Shown: positions 39,184-48,663, numbered from the stretch's first letter. The stretch: 50,737 bases of DNA from Erysipelotrichaceae bacterium (GCA_022772985.1 JALEZJ010000103.1:1-50737); one strand, 5' to 3'. Numbers and translations are program-made. Notes: generated from the letters alone by a model not told the origin.

Positions 39184-40642
39184 GGTTCCACCCCTTTGCT
39201 ATTTGATTTTTATAATTCATACTCTTTTCTATTGCATAAGCAATATTTAATACATTTTCATCATCATAACATTTGCCAGTGATATTTAGAGCAACTGGTA
39301 AGTTCTTGATGAAGCCATCTGGGATGGTGATAGATGGAAAACCACCGAAGTTTCCAATTTGTAAATGTTCTTCTAGAGCTTGTGTATCTTTATCTAAGAT
39401 ATCTTTAGATTCGTCTAAGTGTTTAGCTGGACCACTTCCAACTGGTAAAATTACGGCATCGTATTTTTCAAATAATTGATTCCATGTATCTACTAGTAAT
39501 CTTCTAACACGTTGGGCGTTATGGAAGTAGCGATCTTTATTTTGGGCTTGTAATACATAAGAACCTATTACAAATCTTCTTTTGATTAAAGGTGAGAAAT
39601 TTTTAGTACGATAATCTTTCATCATTTCAATATAATTATCTCCTTCTCCACGAGGGCCAAAGATAAATCCTGTTAAGTTAGACATATTAGATGTAGCTTC
39701 AGCACAAGAGATAACTACATATACAGATGCTAGAGCGTCTAATAAAGTTTTGTCCACTGATACTTCTTCTATTTCTATTCCTAATTTTTTTACTTGTTCT
39801 AATACTTGATGGAAATTTTCTAAATGTTGTTTTAGGGTATCCGTTGCTTCTTTGTACATAGAAATATCACATAATTCTTTGATGTAACATAATTTTTTTC
39901 CTTTTACTTCTCCGGTTAGTGAGTCTGCTAGATGAATATCTTTTGAATCCCAGGAAGTCATATCATTTTTGTCACGGCCTTTCATATTGTCTACGACAAT
40001 GGCAGCATCTTCAACTGAACGAGTAAGTACTCCACAATGATCTAGGCTTGATGCAAACGGAAATAGGCCATAACGAGAAATCATACCATAAGTTGGTTTA
40101 TATCCAACGACTCCACAATAAGCAGCTGGTTTTCTAATAGAGTCTCCTGTATCTGATCCTGTTGCATAAGGATATGCTCCAGCAGCTACAGCAGCAGCAG
40201 ATCCGGCAGATGATCCTGCACACATTCTAGTTTTATCCCATGGATTTCTAACAATTCCTGTGTGGCCGGTGGTTCCTGTTCCACCCATACCAAATTCATC
40301 CATTACGGTTTTGTTTACTGGGATCGCTCCTATTTTGGTTAAGTTCTCAATAGCAGTTGCTGTAAAGAATGGAATATAATCTTTTAAAGTATTTGATGAA
40401 CCTGTACTAAGAATTCCTTTGGTACTATAATTATCTTTTATTCCATAAGGAATACCTGATAATAGATTATCTGTTATTTCTGTTGGTTTAGCATCTTCTA
40501 ATATTGTTACAAAAGCATTACATTTTTCTTGAATTTCATGAGATTTTTGTAAGGATTCTTGAATTAATTCTTTACTAGTTACTTCTCCTTTGATTAAGGC
40601 TTCATGAATTTCTGTAATTGATTTATTCATATATTTTTTCAT
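39176..40642 (-). CDS. gatA: Asp/Glu-tRNA amidotransferase subunit A
   Basis: GIKDN, MDEFGMG, GSSAGSAAAVA, GSDTGDSIRKPA and KPTYG. Confidence 0.98.
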   Translation of the reverse strand: MKKYMNKSITEIHEALIKGEVTSKELIQESLQKSHEIQEKCNAFVTILEDAKPTEITDNLLSGIPYGIKDNYSTKGILSTGSSNTLKDYIPFFTATAIENLTKIGAIPVNKTVMDEFGMGGTGTTGHTGIVRNPWDKTRMCAGSSAGSAAAVAAGAYPYATGSDTGDSIRKPAAYCGVVGYKPTYGMISRYGLFPFASSLDHCGVLTRSVEDAAIVVDNMKGRDKNDMTSWDSKDIHLADSLTGEVKGKKLCYIKELCDISMYKEATDTLKQHLENFHQVLEQVKKLGIEIEEVSVDKTLLDALASVYVVISCAEATSNMSNLTGFIFGPRGEGDNYIEMMKDYRTKNFSPLIKRRFVIGSYVLQAQNKDRYFHNAQRVRRLLVDTWNQLFEKYDAVILPVGSGPAKHLDESKDILDKDTQALEEHLQIGNFGGFPSITIPDGFIKNLPVALNITGKCYDDENVLNIAYAIEKSMNYKNQIAKGWNHD

Positions 40643-40947
40643 TATCCCACCACCGTTGGTACTTCTACTTCACGCATTGTATGTTCATCACAGTTTTGTA
40701 ATAATTCTTCAATTGGTATTGATTCTTCTTCTACATCTTCTCTTAGATCATAGATAAAGTTATCTAGGCAATGAGTCATTGGTTCTACTTTTTCAATATC
40801 TTTGATGTTATTTATTTTATTAATATTTTCATCTATAATAGAGAATTCTTCTAATACCATATTGGTTTCTTCTTCTGTTAGTCCGATTAAGAGTTTATCG
40901 GCATAATCTGTTACCATTTCTTTGGTAAAATTCATGTGTTCTTTCAT
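40642..40947 (-). CDS. gatC: Asp/Glu-tRNA amidotransferase subunit C
   Basis: VEPMTH...LREDV...VPTVV; TAATG overlap with gatA. Confidence 0.92.
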   Translation of the reverse strand: MKEHMNFTKEMVTDYADKLLIGLTEEETNMVLEEFSIIDENINKINNIKDIEKVEPMTHCLDNFIYDLREDVEEESIPIEELLQNCDEHTMREVEVPTVVG

Positions 40948-41021
40948 TCTTCCTCCTTTTAAAATACTGATAAATATTTTTCTTGTGTTAAAGTTTTTGT
41001 AAATAATTATCAGTTTTTTAC

Positions 41022-41298
41022 AACGAAAAACAGTAGTCTAATCCCTCACTCTTACAAGTTATAGGGACGAACTACTGTTAAAGTCCGCGGTACCACCCTT
41101 ATTATCATATGATTTATGATCTCTTTTACTGATTCTATCAAATCAGTTCAGTTTATAACGGTCTGTTTCCGGCTTAAGATACTATTTTTCCCAAAAGCAA
41201 CTCCAAAGTGTTCTTCATAATACATTTTATGTTAGCTCTCACCTATTCTAACTCTCTTTTATAAAAGTGGTATTATTACTTTTCTTTTTCTTCGTTGA
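41022..41298 (-). ncRNA. T-box riboswitch with Asn (AAC) specifier
   Basis: Stem I has AGTA, AGAGA and GGTGAGA elements and the specifier loop GAAGAACA (AAC at 41212-41210). T-box AAGGGTGGTACCGCG lies at 41100-41086, followed by the terminator ACAGTAGT...ACTACTGTTTTT. Confidence 0.93.
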
Positions 41299-41308
41299 TA
41301 TGGATAAA

Positions 41309-41337
41309 ATTATAGTATAGAATATTTTAATTGTCAA
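41309..41337 (-). promoter_or_regulatory. sigmaA promoter of T-box-gatCAB-aspS
   Basis: Perfect TTGACA-17 bp-TATAAT. Confidence 0.85.
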
Positions 41338-41363
41338 TAAGTATTAATCATCAAAATATTTTT

Positions 41364-41666
41364 TTAATTACATGACTTAATATCTTTTATCGTTGTTTTA
41401 GTGTCTACATATTCTATATCACTAAATGAATAATCATTTAAATAATTAAATTTACTACTTCCTATTTCATCTTTAGAAATGTCATCTCCTTTCATATACA
41501 AATCTATTATTCTTTTATCATTATCTATATAAGTATTTTTACTATCTTGTAAATGTTTTGTTTTAATAAATTTTATTATAAAAATATTATTACTTATTAA
41601 ACTAAATTTATATGAATAAAATGATAAGATAAGTATTTTACTCTTGTAATTATTATAGGAATTAAA
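41364..41666 (-). pseudogene. Start-less open frame of 100 codons (probable gene remnant)
   Basis: Stop-free from right after the mntP TAA to TAA at 41364: ...KTKHLQDSKNTYIDNDKRIIDLYMKGDDISKDEIGSSKFNYLNDYSFSDIEYVDTKTTIKDIKSCN. Confidence 0.35.
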
Positions 41667-42218
41667 TTAGGGTTTAAGGATATAATAAAGGGCTAGTATT
41701 ATCATCATGATACCCCCGCTAATTGTTGCATAGGTTCCAAATTTATCACTTAGTTTATTTCCTAAATGAAGTCCTAAGTAAGTAAATGATGCACTTATTA
41801 TCATAAACATACTAGCTACTGCAAAATAATTGTTGCTAATTGCGGATAATCCGATTCCTGTTGTTAAGCTATCAATACTAACAGAAAGGCCAAATAATAA
41901 GAATCCTAGGAAACTAACTAATATTTTAACTTCTTCTTCTTTTTTACTAGAAATGATTAAATTTATCCCTATGATAGCAAAGATGATTCCTACTAATAAA
42001 TTTATATTTAAGATAAAATACTGATAAATCATATTGCCAAAGGATAGACCTATTAGGGGCATTATAAAATGGAATGTTCCTACAATGATAGATAGGGTTA
42101 TTTTTTGTTTTTTTGTTAAGCCGTAGGTTCCATAAATTAGGGCTAAAGAAAAGGCATCCATAGATAGGCTAATGCCAATTAAAAGGCATGTAAAAAAAAT
42201 ATTCATAATCATATTCAC
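41667..42218 (-). CDS. mntP: Manganese efflux pump MntP/YtaF family
   Basis: Duplicated motifs SLSMDAFS and SVSIDSL, FHFIMPLIG, about 6 TMs. Follows spoIIR as ywlD does in Bacillus. Confidence 0.85.
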   Translation of the reverse strand: MNMIMNIFFTCLLIGISLSMDAFSLALIYGTYGLTKKQKITLSIIVGTFHFIMPLIGLSFGNMIYQYFILNINLLVGIIFAIIGINLIISSKKEEEVKILVSFLGFLLFGLSVSIDSLTTGIGLSAISNNYFAVASMFMIISASFTYLGLHLGNKLSDKFGTYATISGGIMMIILALYYILKP

Positions 42219-42251
42219 CTATTAAATATTATTATGAATATAAAATGTTAT

Positions 42252-42788
42252 TCAAAATATCTTTTCTAACATTTTTGTTACAAAAAATTGATATTCTACA
42301 TCACTTGTATCATTATCATTAGCTTCTAATAAGCATAATGGTGGAAATAAGACACACCACCAGTTGTCTCCTTCACCTTCTCCAATTGTTACTACTAATG
42401 ATTGATAGGCACCGGCTTCATAATGGACTCCTTTATAGTCTTTTTCTGGAAAGTAGTTGTCTCCAAAATGGATTAGGAACTCTTGATTATAGTTATTATT
42501 TTGAAATAATACTTCAATTTCTTGATTTAGTTGTTCTAGTTCGTTATTAATAATAGTTCTTGCTTCTTCTATACTTTCTACATCGATTAATTTTGGAGAG
42601 ATAGTTTTTTCTATGTATTCTTTTACTTTCATTTTCATACTTTGATCTTGGATGGTATTGGAGTTGGCGATGACTCTTACTCTAATGGCGGCTTCTGGAA
42701 TTATAATTTCATCTGTTTCGGCATTGACGTTAATATAGACTAAAAGTGCTACAACTACGGTTATTACGATTAATATGATTTTTTTCAT
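42252..42788 (-). CDS. spoIIR: Stage II sporulation protein R
   Basis: Signal peptide, IRVRVIANSN..QDQ..K, FPEKDY....Y.AG.Y and GEGEGDNWWCVLFPPLC. Confidence 0.95.
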   Translation of the reverse strand: MKKIILIVITVVVALLVYINVNAETDEIIIPEAAIRVRVIANSNTIQDQSMKMKVKEYIEKTISPKLIDVESIEEARTIINNELEQLNQEIEVLFQNNNYNQEFLIHFGDNYFPEKDYKGVHYEAGAYQSLVVTIGEGEGDNWWCVLFPPLCLLEANDNDTSDVEYQFFVTKMLEKIF

Positions 42789-42807
42789 GGTATCACCCTT
42801 TCAATTT

Positions 42808-42837
42808 CATAATGGGTGAATTCTTACGTTTTTATAC
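42808..42837 (-). promoter_or_regulatory. Candidate sigmaF/sigmaG-type promoter of spoIIR
   Basis: GTATA-18 bp-CATTATG, close to the GHATA-N18-CATAMTA forespore consensus. Confidence 0.45.
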
Positions 42838-43587
42838 CAATTTTTTTCTTTTTTGTTGATGATAGACTATTTTTGTTAGTAAATTGGTTGGAATCATTTT
42901 TACTATAGCTTTTAAAAGTCTAATTTTAAAGCCAGGGATAATATAAAATTTGTTCTTTTTTAATTTTTTGATTGTGTATTTTGCTACTTGATCGCTATTA
43001 ATAGATTTTAGGCAAAATTCTACTCCTGCTCTTTTATTGAAATTGGTAGATACTGGTCCTGGGCATAAAATACTTAATTTTACATGAGATTTCTGTTTTC
43101 TTAGTTCTTCTTTTACTCCGGTTGTTAAACTTACTACATAATTTTTGCTGGCATAATAGGTACTCATTAGTGGTCCAGACATGAATCCTGCAATGGAAGC
43201 TACATTTAGAATTTTTCCTTGATCTTTTTTGATCATGTCTTGTAAATATAATTTCATTAAGGTATGAAGTGCTTTTATATTTAAATCAATCATTTGTAAT
43301 TCTTCTTCTAAGGACGTGGTGGAAAAATTTCCAAATAGACCAAATCCGGCATTATTGATTAAAATATCAATATGGGGAAATTTTTCATGTAGCTTTATAC
43401 AATTTTCTTGGTTTGTTAAATCTGTTGGATAAATTTCTACCTTCCCTTTAGGGGATAGTTCTTTTTTTAGTTCGGTTAATTTTTCTTTGTTTCTTGCTAC
43501 TAATATTAAATCGTAGTTTAATTTAGAAAATTCCATTGCTAGGCTTTTTCCAATTCCTGAACTGGCTCCGGTAATTAATACTTTCAT
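42832..43587 (-). CDS. Short-chain dehydrogenase/reductase
   Basis: TGASSGIG, INNAG, NVAS, YYASK and LCPGP. Confidence 0.95.
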   Translation of the reverse strand: MKVLITGASSGIGKSLAMEFSKLNYDLILVARNKEKLTELKKELSPKGKVEIYPTDLTNQENCIKLHEKFPHIDILINNAGFGLFGNFSTTSLEEELQMIDLNIKALHTLMKLYLQDMIKKDQGKILNVASIAGFMSGPLMSTYYASKNYVVSLTTGVKEELRKQKSHVKLSILCPGPVSTNFNKRAGVEFCLKSINSDQVAKYTIKKLKKNKFYIIPGFKIRLLKAIVKMIPTNLLTKIVYHQQKRKKLV

Positions 43588-43601
43588 GATAATTATCCTT
43601 T

Positions 43602-44243
43602 CTAGTAAGTATTATATTTTCTTGATTGTTCAATCGTCTTGATTAAGATTTGTTTCGTTTTTGGTTCAATATATTTTTTTTCTTGTTCCCATTCAATATT
43701 ATAATAAATAAATTCGCTATTTAATTTGCATTCGTAGTCAAAAGGATCAATATGAATCATTCCTGAATAATAATAGTCAATACAATTTGGATGAAATAAG
43801 ATTAAAGTATTTACTCCAAAAGTAGAAAATAGATTCATCTGTTCTATTTTTATATCTTTTGATAATGAAAATAAATTAATATAGATACCGTCGTAATCGT
43901 TGCTTAATTTTTCAAAACTAAATTTATCTCTTTCTTTCTGGTAATTTTGTAATAGATATTTGTATTGTTCTTTGGTGGATAAATAAAATATCTTAGCATT
44001 TTGTTTTAGAGTTATGATGGAACATGGTTGATGAAAAGGATTTTTACTTTTATTTTTATAAAATAGTATATAAGGGTGTTCTAGGATATAATCTACCCAA
44101 CAGTTATAAGTAGGTAAGTTTACATCAAATTCTGTCATCCATAATCCACCACTTGGTTTTATACTACTATTTAATATAGAATCTTGAATTGGAATAAAAG
44201 ATTTTTTTAATATTTCGCTTGTTCCTACGGTTAAATATGTCAT
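43602..44243 (-). CDS. Hypothetical protein, possible ADP-ribosyltransferase-like fold
   Basis: KPSGGLWMT, CWVDY, LKQNAKIF, FEKLSNDYDGI and TLILFHPNCI. Confidence 0.55.
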   Translation of the reverse strand: MTYLTVGTSEILKKSFIPIQDSILNSSIKPSGGLWMTEFDVNLPTYNCWVDYILEHPYILFYKNKSKNPFHQPCSIITLKQNAKIFYLSTKEQYKYLLQNYQKERDKFSFEKLSNDYDGIYINLFSLSKDIKIEQMNLFSTFGVNTLILFHPNCIDYYYSGMIHIDPFDYECKLNSEFIYYNIEWEQEKKYIEPKTKQILIKTIEQSRKYNTY

Positions 44244-44332
44244 AATTTTCTCCTTGTGTGTTTTTTTATTTTTCTTTCTTGATATTTTTTAGAAGGAGAT
44301 ATTATTAATTAGTATTTTTTTGTATTATAAAA

Positions 44333-46717
44333 TTAATAATTTCTTACTTCGTAATCTTTATCTAATTTTTTTAATAGAAAGTCAATTCCTTTGTTTAATT
44401 TATCGAATATCCAAATGCTACAAATAGCAAATACGATATATAAAAGAACGGTATTGAAAGTTATTTGAGATAGATCAAAGAAATCATTTTGGAACATGAC
44501 AATATAGGTAAATAATAATACTAAAAATCCATATAAGGTTCCTCTAAACCAATTAAATGGTCTGCATAGTCGGTATAGATAAATGAATCCTGTGGTACCG
44601 GTCATGATAACAATTAGGGTTGAGGTTAAGTTTGGATCTATTGCGAACTGTTCTCTAAATAAGACGATCATTACCACATTAAATACTACTGTTAAAGCTG
44701 CTGGAACACTTTTTCCAACTACTTTTAGCATGAATTTTCCTTTTACTAAATTATGATTTGGTTCTAGGGCTAAGATAAAAGAGGGAATACTGATGGTACA
44801 GGTGGTAATTAGGCTAAGATGAATTGGTAAATAAAAGTATTCACTTTCCATAAAAATACAGATGATTACTAAGATACAGGTAAAGATAGTTTTGATTAAT
44901 AATAAGGAAGCTGATCTTTCTACATTATTGATGGTTCTTCTTCCTTCTGCGACTACTTCTGGCATAGATGCAAAATTAGAGTCAAGTAATACTAATTGAC
45001 TGACATTTTTGGCGGCGTCACTTCCACTTGCCATAGCAATACTACAGTCTGCTTTTTTTAAGGCTAGAACATCATTGACACCATCTCCTGTCATTGCAAC
45101 TGTATGTCCTTTTCGTTGTAAGCTTTCAATAATTAACTTTTTTTGGCTAGGGGTTACTCGACCAAAGACATCATATTTTTCTAACATTTCATCAATATTA
45201 TCTTCTGTTAATAGGGTGGCGTCCATTCCTTTTACGTCCTCTAAACCTGCACGTTTGGCAATATTACAAACGGTTTTAAAGTTGTCTCCACTGATAATTT
45301 TTACTTTGACACCTTGTTCTTTAAAATACTTCAAAGTATTTGGAGCTTCTTTACGGATTTTATCTTGTATTAATAAAAATCCTAATACTTTTAGATTCGT
45401 TGGTGTCTCAGTTAAAGCCTCTTTACTATAGGCGATTACTAGGATGCGATAATCACTATACTTCTCTACTTTTTCTTGATATTTATTAAAATCATTTTTT
45501 AATACAAATTCTGGTGCTCCTATGTAATAGCTACCTCTTTTATCAAAAGCTACTGCTGAAAATTTACGACTAGAGGAGAACTCTATTTTATTTTCAACAG
45601 ACCAAATTCCTTTATTTGGATAATATGTTTGCAATGCTTCCATAGTTGCATTGGTATTATCAAAGGCATAGCTTATATTGGATAGGACTTCATCTAGTCT
45701 TGTTGCATCAATTCCTTCTTCAGGAATTACTTGTGTTAATTCCATCGTTCCTTCAGTGATGGTCCCGGTTTTATCTAAGCAAATGACATCTACTCTGGCT
45801 AGGGTTTCAATACAGTATAATTGTTGGACTAGAACATGATATTTAGATAATCTTACTACGCTAACAGCCATAACGGAACTTGTTAGTAATAATAATCCTT
45901 CTGGTATCATTCCAATTAAGGCTCCTACGGTATTAAAAACGGATGCTGTAACATCATGATCTGTTACACTCCATTGATTTATAAATAATAAAATTCCAAC
46001 AGGAACAATGATTACAGATAGGACTTTTAATATTTTTTCAAATGAATTCATAATGACAGAATTCACTTTTTTTTCATATTTGGCTTCACTACTGATTTTG
46101 GAAATATAATTATCTTTTCCTATATTTTCTACTTTGGCATAGCAACTGCCACTTACGATAAAACTTCCGGATAAAATGGTATCTCCTACTTTTTTAGGAA
46201 TTGGATCTACTTCACCAGTTAAAAATGATTCATTTACCTCAACACTTCCTTCTAAGATGATGGAATCTGTTACTACTTGGTTTCCCATTTGAAAATGAAG
46301 AACATCATCTAAGACAATCTCTTCTATTCCTAATTTTTCTTCTTTTCCATTTCTAATACAAGCAACTTTTGCTTCGGCTAGAACTGATAATTTATCAATT
46401 GTTTTTTTGGAAATAATCTCTTGAATAATGCTAATTATACTATTACAAATAATTACTCCCATAAAGGTACAATTTTTTAAGGATTCAAAAAATTCTCCTC
46501 CATAAATACCTGCTATAATGATTGCACCGCCTAATATTAGGTTAATAAAATTAAAATAAGTAAAAAAATTACTTTTAATAATTTCTTTTATACTTTTTGT
46601 CGGGGGTTGATCATTATAATTTACTAAGTTATTTTGAATTCTTTCATTTACTTGACTACTATTTAATCCTTCTTTATAATTTGGTTGATATCTTTTTATA
46701 TCATTCATCATTATCAC
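44333..46717 (-). CDS. Cation-transporting P-type ATPase (CtpE-like)
   Basis: LTGE, MIPEGL, DKTGT, ISGD and TGDGVND; multiple TMs. Confidence 0.96.
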   Translation of the reverse strand: MIMMNDIKRYQPNYKEGLNSSQVNERIQNNLVNYNDQPPTKSIKEIIKSNFFTYFNFINLILGGAIIIAGIYGGEFFESLKNCTFMGVIICNSIISIIQEIISKKTIDKLSVLAEAKVACIRNGKEEKLGIEEIVLDDVLHFQMGNQVVTDSIILEGSVEVNESFLTGEVDPIPKKVGDTILSGSFIVSGSCYAKVENIGKDNYISKISSEAKYEKKVNSVIMNSFEKILKVLSVIIVPVGILLFINQWSVTDHDVTASVFNTVGALIGMIPEGLLLLTSSVMAVSVVRLSKYHVLVQQLYCIETLARVDVICLDKTGTITEGTMELTQVIPEEGIDATRLDEVLSNISYAFDNTNATMEALQTYYPNKGIWSVENKIEFSSSRKFSAVAFDKRGSYYIGAPEFVLKNDFNKYQEKVEKYSDYRILVIAYSKEALTETPTNLKVLGFLLIQDKIRKEAPNTLKYFKEQGVKVKIISGDNFKTVCNIAKRAGLEDVKGMDATLLTEDNIDEMLEKYDVFGRVTPSQKKLIIESLQRKGHTVAMTGDGVNDVLALKKADCSIAMASGSDAAKNVSQLVLLDSNFASMPEVVAEGRRTINNVERSASLLLIKTIFTCILVIICIFMESEYFYLPIHLSLITTCTISIPSFILALEPNHNLVKGKFMLKVVGKSVPAALTVVFNVVMIVLFREQFAIDPNLTSTLIVIMTGTTGFIYLYRLCRPFNWFRGTLYGFLVLLFTYIVMFQNDFFDLSQITFNTVLLYIVFAICSIWIFDKLNKGIDFLLKKLDKDYEVRNY

Positions 46718-46875
46718 CTGCTAACTAGCTTTATTTTATCATATTTTGTTTTATATTTACAGTGAATTTTTAGGATTTTGAAATATTCCATATTCTTCTT
46801 AAAAAAAAGCATTGAATCAGTATTTTTCAAAAGAAAAAAGCACTAAAATTTTGTTTCTTATCTACTATAAATATT

Positions 46876-47850
46876 TTAATTGTTAAATAGAATCTTTCTT
46901 TTTATATGTTCTTTCTTGATAATAGGATACATTGTGACAATATTTTTTGTGTTGGGAAAAGTAATTACTTTGACATTATTTGTCTTACAATTGTTAACTT
47001 CTCCTATTATTTCTTCACAATCGATTAAATATTTATCACAAAGGCTAAAATTATAGGGTTCTAAATCTTGAATTTTTTGAACTATTAATTGGTATAGATT
47101 AGATATATCGACTGTTTGAAAAAATCTAGTATGCTCCTTTTTTTGATTATTTGCTTCTAAATGTAACTGAATGTGTTCAATAGCTCTAGTTTCATCATAC
47201 TGGATTAATTGTTTCAAAAAGTAACTGGTTTGAATTTTCTCTTGATCATTTTCAGTTAAAATATTTAATTTGTATTTCAAATATAAATTAAGTTGGTTAA
47301 TATCACTTGCTTTAAATTTTTTTAATTCAGTAAATTCTAATAATTGTTGAAATAAAAGATACGCTTTTTTAAAATTTTCAAGCTTTATTTCAATAAATAT
47401 TCTTTGAAGCAAGGATTGGAATTGATACAAATTTTCAGGCTCTATATCTTTTTTTATAGAAATTTTTTCAAAATATTTTTTAGAGGTTTCTAAATTACCA
47501 AGATATTTTTCTATAAGCCCTAATTCTATTAGAGCGTTGTCATTATATTTACTACCAATTAAAGTTTTAAAATAATATTGGGCTAATGTAATATTACCAT
47601 TTATTTTTTCTAACTGTCCTAGAATAAACATAGCGTCTTTTCGTTTTTTAGTATCGAGTAAATCTTCTAATAGTGTTTTTCCTTCTTCTCTTGTTTTTTC
47701 TTGTCTTACTAATAAATGACCAAGTTCTATTTGTATATTTACACTAGTGGGATACTTTTTTAATAAATTTCTTAAGATAATTTCTCCTTGTTCTAATTGC
47801 CCATTTTTTATGAGCTTTTCAGCTTCATTAAGTTCTTCATAAAAAATCAT
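46876..47850 (-). CDS. TPR-repeat protein with a C-terminal EndoU-like nuclease domain
   Basis: About 5 TPR-like repeats (aa 1-175). The C-terminus reads IEHIQLH...KKEHTRF...IIG...TNNVKVIT...IVTMYP. Confidence 0.75.
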   Translation of the reverse strand: MIFYEELNEAEKLIKNGQLEQGEIILRNLLKKYPTSVNIQIELGHLLVRQEKTREEGKTLLEDLLDTKKRKDAMFILGQLEKINGNITLAQYYFKTLIGSKYNDNALIELGLIEKYLGNLETSKKYFEKISIKKDIEPENLYQFQSLLQRIFIEIKLENFKKAYLLFQQLLEFTELKKFKASDINQLNLYLKYKLNILTENDQEKIQTSYFLKQLIQYDETRAIEHIQLHLEANNQKKEHTRFFQTVDISNLYQLIVQKIQDLEPYNFSLCDKYLIDCEEIIGEVNNCKTNNVKVITFPNTKNIVTMYPIIKKEHIKRKILFNN

Positions 47851-47876
47851 ATTCCTCTCACACCTTTTCTTGGACT

Positions 47877-48620
47877 TTAATCTTTTTTCATAATAAAAAC
47901 AAATCTATTCCTATTTGAATAATCTTTTTCTATTTTTACTTCTATATTTTTTAAATATTGATAGGCTAAGTTTTTAACATCCTCTCCTTGTTTTTCTCCT
48001 ATTTCAAATGCTATTAAAAATTTATTTTCTAAGTAAAAATTTGCTTGATTTAATATTTTTTTGTAAAAGTATAGGCCATTTTCTTCTGCGTATAGAGCTA
48101 GATGAGGTTCATTATCTTTTACTACCTCTTCTATTTCTTCATCGTACCTAATATAAGGAGGATTACTAATGATGATATCAAATTTGCCTGTTACTTTAGA
48201 AAAAACATCACTTTGATATAGTGTTACTTCTACTTGATTATTATTTAGATTTTTTTTTGCTACTTTTAGGGCTTGATTGGAAATATCAATTCCTGTTATT
48301 TGGCTGTTTAATTCTTTTTTTAAAGTAATTGCAATACAGCCACTACCGGTACCAATATCTAATATTTTTAAATTAGATATTTTATCTTTTGGAAATAATT
48401 TTTGAATATACATGATGGTTTTTTCTACTAATAGTTCTGTTTCAAATCTAGGTATTAAAACATTTTTATTTACTTCGATGATATTTCCATAAAAATCGAC
48501 GTTTCCCACAATATACTGTGGAGAAATCCCTTTTTTTAGAAGTTTTATTCCTTCTTCTTGTTTTTCGGTTGGTAAATATTTTTTTAAATATTCTACATCT
48601 TTTTTTCTCATAAATACCAC
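47877..48620 (-). CDS. prmC: Release factor glutamine methyltransferase
   Basis: PQYIVG, VLIPRFETE, LDIGTGSGCIA, ISNPPY and EPHLAL; follows prfA. Confidence 0.96.
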   Translation of the reverse strand: MVFMRKKDVEYLKKYLPTEKQEEGIKLLKKGISPQYIVGNVDFYGNIIEVNKNVLIPRFETELLVEKTIMYIQKLFPKDKISNLKILDIGTGSGCIAITLKKELNSQITGIDISNQALKVAKKNLNNNQVEVTLYQSDVFSKVTGKFDIIISNPPYIRYDEEIEEVVKDNEPHLALYAEENGLYFYKKILNQANFYLENKFLIAFEIGEKQGEDVKNLAYQYLKNIEVKIEKDYSNRNRFVFIMKKD

Positions 48621-48663
48621 TCTATTTCTAAATTATTAGGAAAAGATATTACATAAGGCTATT

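Noticed and set aside
41635-41663. dif-like site (minus strand AATTCCTATAA resembles the Firmicute XerC arm)
   Set aside because: The XerD arm (TTATGTAAACT) matches poorly and needs a wrong spacer; gene orientation does not switch here.
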